Source: Candidatus Heimdallarchaeota archaeon (GTDB taxonomy: Archaea; Asgardarchaeota; Heimdallarchaeia; JABLTI01). From it: a stretch of 19,171 bases of DNA. The notes under the pieces were generated by a model. That model did not search any database. It saw only the letters and a list, made by a program, of their open reading frames with translations, and was not told where the DNA came from. The position numbers were made by a program, and so were the translations under genes. Below, in pieces: positions 15,003-19,171 of this stretch; position 1 is the first letter of the stretch; every line of letters begins with the position of its first letter. Location: the NCBI GenBank assembly GCA_030614005.1, contig JAUWKS010000060.1:1-19171 (forward strand), given 5' to 3'.

Positions 15003-15899
15003 TTGAAAATTGTTGCTATTGATTATGAAAAGTGCATTGATTGCCTAAAATGCATCCAAGTCTGCCCGAGCAGATTGTATTTAGAAACGAAAAACAAAAA
15101 CAATAAGATAACAGCACAGTTTGCTGATCCATATGGTATTTGTATTCGATGTGGGCACTGTATAGCAATTTGTCCTACTGAAGCGATAAAGTACAGTAAT
15201 GCAGATCAACCTTTTGATATTGGGAAAGAAAAGAAACTGGATAAAATCGTTCCTTATGAAAATTTACTGAAAGTTATTCGTATGAGACGCTCAATGAGAG
15301 TGTACAAAAAAGAAGCAATCCCTAGAGATAAAATAGAAGCAATTTTGGAAGCGATGAGATATGCCCCGTCGGCAAGTAACAGACAAAATTGGCGATATAC
15401 GGTAGTGACTAATAAAAAAGAGATTGACAATTTATCAAAAGCAAGTTCGAGTTTTTTCCGAATAGCAAGAAAATTATTACCACTCAGATTTTTGGCTGTG
15501 CCTTTCCTCTCTGCAAGTGCAAGAAAGATGGTTTTAAATCCAAGCTCAAAGCTTCAATTAGATAATAATTTGAAAAGATTGGAAGAGGGAGAGGATGTTA
15601 TTTTCTTTGATGCACCATGTGTCATTATTATTTATGCACGCAAATATACTAAAAACCTCGCTGCAAATGATGCTGGTGTAGCATTAACACATGGTATGCT
15701 TGCAGCTCAAGCATTAGGATTGGGAACGTGTTGGATAGGTTTTGCCCAAAGAAAATTGAATGGTAGTCGTGGATTGAAAAAGCATTACAAAATTCCAAAA
15801 GGTTTCGACGTTTTAGGAGTAATTACTGTAGGAAAACCTGCAATGGAATATCAAAGGGGACCACCTAGAAGAAAATTACGAGTACAGTGGATAGAATGA
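15003..15899 (+). CDS. Nitroreductase-family protein with N-terminal 2x[4Fe-4S] ferredoxin domain
   Basis: CIDCLKCIQVCP and CIRCGHCIAICP; RRSMRVY, APSASNRQNW and ALGLGTCWIG nitroreductase motifs. Confidence 0.92.
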   Translation: MKIVAIDYEKCIDCLKCIQVCPSRLYLETKNKNNKITAQFADPYGICIRCGHCIAICPTEAIKYSNADQPFDIGKEKKLDKIVPYENLLKVIRMRRSMRVYKKEAIPRDKIEAILEAMRYAPSASNRQNWRYTVVTNKKEIDNLSKASSSFFRIARKLLPLRFLAVPFLSASARKMVLNPSSKLQLDNNLKRLEEGEDVIFFDAPCVIIIYARKYTKNLAANDAGVALTHGMLAAQALGLGTCWIGFAQRKLNGSRGLKKHYKIPKGFDVLGVITVGKPAMEYQRGPPRRKLRVQWIE

Positions 15900-15945
15900 T
15901 TTGGTGTAGGAAAAATTTTAGCTAAAATAACTTGTTTAAACGAAA

Positions 15946-15965
15946 AAATCTTCACTCGAAGATTT
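15946..15965 (+). terminator. Perfect 8-bp hairpin downstream of the nitroreductase gene
   Basis: AAATCTTC-ACTC-GAAGATTT, 46 nt after the stop. Confidence 0.35.
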
Positions 15966-16125
15966 AAAATAGAAGAAAATTAATAGTATAAAGCTAAAAG
16001 GAAAGAATATCATCATTAGCTGATAAAGAATAAAAACTACTCAAACTTTTACGAGAAGTATAATTCTCAACAAATAAAAAAATGTTTTAAATTAGATAAT
16101 TTGAAACTGGATGGATGGATAAACT

Positions 16126-16611
16126 ATGATACCGATAAGCTTGATTCTAATTCAAATGGGAAAAAGTGGGTTGGAATTAGTTAGTGCATATCCAGAGAGC
16201 CTTCCAGAAAAAGAGCTCAATAAAATAGTTTTCAAGTGCATGCCTCTTGGCGCGGAAGATAAAGACTTTGTAACATTAACAGTGGAAAAAAGAATTATTT
16301 CCACTTTTATTTTTGCTATAAAAGGAAAATCACGAAATAACATAGGAGCACTAACAGCTGTCTTTGTAACAGCAGAATACAAACCACAAATCCTTGAGCG
16401 TTTGTTTTCCTATACAATTAATGAATTGAAAAAGAAAAAACTGCTAACTATTGATTTGTTGTCAGAAATTTTACCAAAGTTATACAATGGAATAATTGAT
16501 GGAAAATATAAGATTGAAATTAATTCTGAGGTAACTTTGGAATATCAAGAGGATCAAAAAAACGAAGAGAAAAACTCTTTTGATTCTTTTGGAGATGATG
16601 TTTGGAATTAA
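16126..16611 (+). CDS. Hypothetical protein, longin/uDENN-like
   Basis: GLELVSAYP...IVFKCMPLG...DF followed by beta-beta-alpha pattern resembles uDENN/longin N-terminal modules; acidic tail ending FGDDVWN. The coding call is secure; the fold call is a pattern match. Confidence 0.6.
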   Translation: MIPISLILIQMGKSGLELVSAYPESLPEKELNKIVFKCMPLGAEDKDFVTLTVEKRIISTFIFAIKGKSRNNIGALTAVFVTAEYKPQILERLFSYTINELKKKKLLTIDLLSEILPKLYNGIIDGKYKIEINSEVTLEYQEDQKNEEKNSFDSFGDDVWN

Positions 16612-16614
16612 AAT

Positions 16615-16646
16615 ACTAACTAGTTTTTCAATAAAAATGAGTTAGT
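16615..16646 (+). terminator. Imperfect AT-rich hairpin directly after the longin-like stop
   Basis: ACTAACT-AG-TTTTT-CAAT-AAAAA-TG-AGTTAGT. Confidence 0.3.
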
Positions 16647-16751
16647 TTATGTATTTTTCAAAAATTTTAAAGATACGAATACTAATTTAGAATTACTTAC
16701 TTGTGATGGAACACTTGTAGCAACATAAAGATATAAACTAGTAGAATCAGG

Positions 16752-17603
16752 ATGAATAATTATATGGCTCTTGGAACATTAGTTTGGTTTGTAGTAATCC
16801 TTTATGGTTTAACTGCAATTGGTGCATCAGTTTTTTGTATTATAATGATCACAAATTTCATCAAGAGAAGAACAGGTGGGACCGCCCTTCTGGCATGGGT
16901 TTATGGAAGTGTAGCAGTATTCCAAATCAATTCTATTGTGTATAATGTTTTAGGAAAAACAAACCCTTTATCAGTTGGGCATGCAATAACTCTTCTAATC
17001 TATATTATCAGCTCAGTACTAATCTTCTATTTCTTTTACATTTTTGCAAGCAGACATATCTTAAATGATAGTGATGTTGTTCGTTCACTTTTCAGCATTG
17101 TGATATTGGGAGTACCAGGAGCAATTATTGGTGTTTTAGGATTTGAGATGCTAACAGTTGAGGATCCCTCAAAGCTAATCTTTGTCCAGATATCAATTGA
17201 ATCTGGAACGGAATTACTGCAATATCAACCAACAATTATGATTTCATTGGTATTGTATACAATCATGCTTGTTCTGGTCCAAATGAGAATTATTATTAGT
17301 ATGATAATAAATTTAGTCAAACATAAAACAAAAGATCCCATACGAAGAAAGGGAATGCAATTTATTCTCATAGCAGTTCTTTTTCTCTTTTTCACGGTAT
17401 CCTTGACAGTGGTATTCACGATAGAAGGAATTGGTCCGGTTGTAATTATCTTAATATACATAATGAAATCAGCTGCTTTCATGATTAGTATTGTATTAAG
17501 CTATATCGGCTGGATTTTACCTGAAAGATTTAAGGTGAGAGTTAGGAACAAATGGATAAAAACTCAAGTAGAAAGTGAGAGTGAAGCTGAAAAAAGTATT
17601 TGA
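16752..17603 (+). CDS. 7-TM membrane protein, predicted N-out/C-in, function unknown
   Basis: Seven hydrophobic segments (about aa 8-36, 45-66, 77-99, 112-131, 162-188, 202-224, 229-256); basic loops KRR after TM1 and KHKTKDPIRRK after TM5; amphipathic PERFKVRVRNK after TM7. Confidence 0.8.
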   Translation: MNNYMALGTLVWFVVILYGLTAIGASVFCIIMITNFIKRRTGGTALLAWVYGSVAVFQINSIVYNVLGKTNPLSVGHAITLLIYIISSVLIFYFFYIFASRHILNDSDVVRSLFSIVILGVPGAIIGVLGFEMLTVEDPSKLIFVQISIESGTELLQYQPTIMISLVLYTIMLVLVQMRIIISMIINLVKHKTKDPIRRKGMQFILIAVLFLFFTVSLTVVFTIEGIGPVVIILIYIMKSAAFMISIVLSYIGWILPERFKVRVRNKWIKTQVESESEAEKSI

Positions 17604-18122
17604 TTTTGTTAAGCAATTGGATAACAAGCAAGTTCTGAAAGCGAAAGTTTTTAGATTTAGTGAAAGTTCATTTTTTAATCTCTTCCACGAAAGGAAGAAT
17701 GCCTTCAAGAGGTAATTCTTGTAAGCATTGTGGACATTTTCAAGGAGCAAACCTAAATCAGCCAAGTGACGATAATCAATTAAACTTTCGATATAGTTTT
17801 GTAGGCCAGCGGAAATTTTCGCTATTGTTTTCAAATAGCTCTGAATGAATTTCGGTTCCGAATACCAAGTAGTAGATGTAATATGAGTTAAACTGGGTAA
17901 GAATGGTATAAAATCAGGACCCACCTTGAGAATAATAGTTAATAAAGATAGCCGCTTCTTTTCAGATGGTGTTTCAAGAAAAAGCTTATTGAAAAGTATT
18001 GGTAATTCTTCGCTCTTTATTGGAAGGGCATCAATGACCCAACCATCTTTTATTTGTGAAACAGTACAAGCATCAGTATTTTCTATATTCAAAATAGGTG
18101 TAATTTTCTTATCGAGGCTCAC
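17517..18122 (-). CDS. Hypothetical alpha-helical protein (possibly HEAT/solenoid-like)
   Basis: 201-aa ORF, GTG start after purine-rich GGTAGGTTGAG, amphipathic Leu/Ile-rich helices. The last 87 bp overlap the 7-TM gene tail-to-tail. Confidence 0.6.
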   Translation of the reverse strand: MSLDKKITPILNIENTDACTVSQIKDGWVIDALPIKSEELPILFNKLFLETPSEKKRLSLLTIILKVGPDFIPFLPSLTHITSTTWYSEPKFIQSYLKTIAKISAGLQNYIESLIDYRHLADLGLLLENVHNAYKNYLLKAFFLSWKRLKNELSLNLKTFAFRTCLLSNCLTKSNTFFSFTLTFYLSFYPFVPNSHLKSFR

Positions 18123-18331
18123 AACTCAACCCTACCCGATAACATCAACCCAAATTAAAGAAAGGATAGAGAGCTATAAAAATTTTTCAGTAAAATAAAC
18201 ACAAAACTAATTGTTGGTGCTTAACAAACTATTTTTTCAATAAAAAAAACATTGTAGAAGTAAAAATAACAATCCTTTTAACTAGCTGATGGACATTAGA
18301 AGGTTGTAATATTATTACGAGAGGATTTAAG

Positions 18332-19171
18332 TTGAAACATAATAAAAAACTCTTATTGTTAATTGTGCTTTTATTTTTACCTATTTTTATAAAAAGTGGA
18401 GTAGATGCAACAACTGATAATTCAGATGAAAATCTTGAGATTCTAGCAATGGGCATAGCTCTTGACTGGTCGTATGATACTGGAGCGGTGATAATGAGAA
18501 GTTCCCCTAAAGTAGTAGATATCGATGCAGATGGAACTCTAGAAGTACTAATTTGTGCTACAAATGCTACATTACACTGTCTAAACGAAACGGGTGATTT
18601 GGAATGGTCGTTTAACACAGGAACAAGCGGATGGTTGTACAATACACCTGCAGTAGCCGATTTGGATGGAGATGGAACAATGGAAATTCTGGTAAGTGCC
18701 TATGATAGTAAATTATATTGCATCAGTCATACTGGCAGTTTGGAATGGTCTTATACTGCTGCAGCTGGTGGAAGTCAAGCTTCTCCTGCAATTGCAGATT
18801 TAGATGCAGATGGAACACTTGAGATTATCTTTGGAACAGATACATCAAGTAGAGTTTATTGTATCAATCATACAGGCGGACTAGAATGGTACTACACAGC
18901 AGGAAATTCAATTGCAGCTTCACCAGCAATAGCCGATTTAGACAATGACGGAATGCTAGAGGTACTTGTTGGGTCGCTTAGTGCTGATTTCCTTTGTATC
19001 AATTATACAGGTGGATTGGAATGGTCCTATTCAACTGGAGGAGCAATTTATTCTTCAGCTTCAGTGGCAGATCTAGACAACGATGGAAAACTAGAAATTG
19101 TTTTTGGTTCTCTAGATAAGTACGTCTATTGTCTGAATGGAACAGGAGCAAAAAACTGGTCATTTAATGCA
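18332..19171 (+). CDS. Secreted FG-GAP/VCBS-like (PQQ-type) beta-propeller repeat protein; runs off the right edge
   Basis: Missing from the ORF track because it has no stop in the window. TTG start after AGAGGA; signal peptide MKHNKKLLLLIVLLFLPIFIKSGVDA; five repeats of 45-47 aa of the form SPxxADLDxDGxLExx...LxCxNxTGxLEWSY. Confidence 0.9.
   Translation, partial: MKHNKKLLLLIVLLFLPIFIKSGVDATTDNSDENLEILAMGIALDWSYDTGAVIMRSSPKVVDIDADGTLEVLICATNATLHCLNETGDLEWSFNTGTSGWLYNTPAVADLDGDGTMEILVSAYDSKLYCISHTGSLEWSYTAAAGGSQASPAIADLDADGTLEIIFGTDTSSRVYCINHTGGLEWYYTAGNSIAASPAIADLDNDGMLEVLVGSLSADFLCINYTGGLEWSYSTGGAIYSSASVADLDNDGKLEIVFGSLDKYVYCLNGTGAKNWSFNA

Noticed and set aside
4303-15899. Selenocysteine or pyrrolysine read-through at TGA/TAG stops (for example mfnF, nitroreductase)
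   Set aside because: The proteins appear full length at those stops and no continuing homology is visible downstream.
229-17482. Alternative-frame and antisense ORFs (229-633, 1129-1341, 1352-1543, 3540-3740, 4720-4917, 5256-5582, 7315-7542, 9061-9264, 10970-11161, 11443-11643, 11652-11834, 12686-12871, 13415-13612, 16152-16382, 17225-17482)
   Set aside because: Each lies essentially within a better-supported gene and shows no recognisable motif.
16752-17603. Calling the 7-TM protein a rhodopsin or a true GPCR
   Set aside because: No DxxxK/SxxxK, no recognisable helix-C counter-ion motif, no DRY or NPxxY. Only topology and one Lys agree.
17660-18198. Plus-strand ORFs 17660-17848 (contains CKHC) and 17926-18198
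   Set aside because: They overlap the longer, more protein-like minus ORF 17517-18122; a single CxxC is insufficient. Not fully excluded if the minus ORF is spurious.
18229-18642. 137-aa minus-strand ORF
   Set aside because: Antisense shadow of the plus-strand FG-GAP gene, which has a signal peptide, SD and clear repeats.
18500-19171. DNA repeats about 135-141 bp apart resembling an array
   Set aside because: Degenerate, in-frame coding repeats of the FG-GAP protein; not CRISPR.

Overview
AT-rich archaeal chromosomal window. An Asgard (Heimdallarchaeia-like) origin is inferred from a Ras-superfamily small GTPase, a longin/uDENN-like protein, GGTGA Shine-Dalgarno motifs, TATA/BRE promoters and methanogen-type cofactor genes; it is not proven from this window. 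The left part is a C1-cofactor cluster: DUF447 (partial), mptE, a PTPS/QueD-family gene, a TusA-like gene and an mfnD-mfnF-mfnE methanofuran operon, followed by a KaiC-like ATPase. cofD (F420) lies further right. The middle holds tRNA-Glu(TTC), an orphan family-5 ABC solute-binding protein that appears circularly permuted and ends in a PGF-CTERM-type sorting signal, membrane proteins and a radical SAM/SPASM enzyme. The right part holds a winged-helix protein, the small GTPase, tRNA-Gly(TCC) with a 31-nt bulge-helix-bulge intron at the non-canonical D-loop position 15/16, a ferredoxin-nitroreductase, the longin/uDENN-like protein, an N-out 7-TM protein with a mid-helix-7 lysine, a helical protein and a secreted FG-GAP-repeat protein (partial). 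No integrase, transposase or CRISPR array was seen. All family calls come from motif recognition by eye, not database searches.
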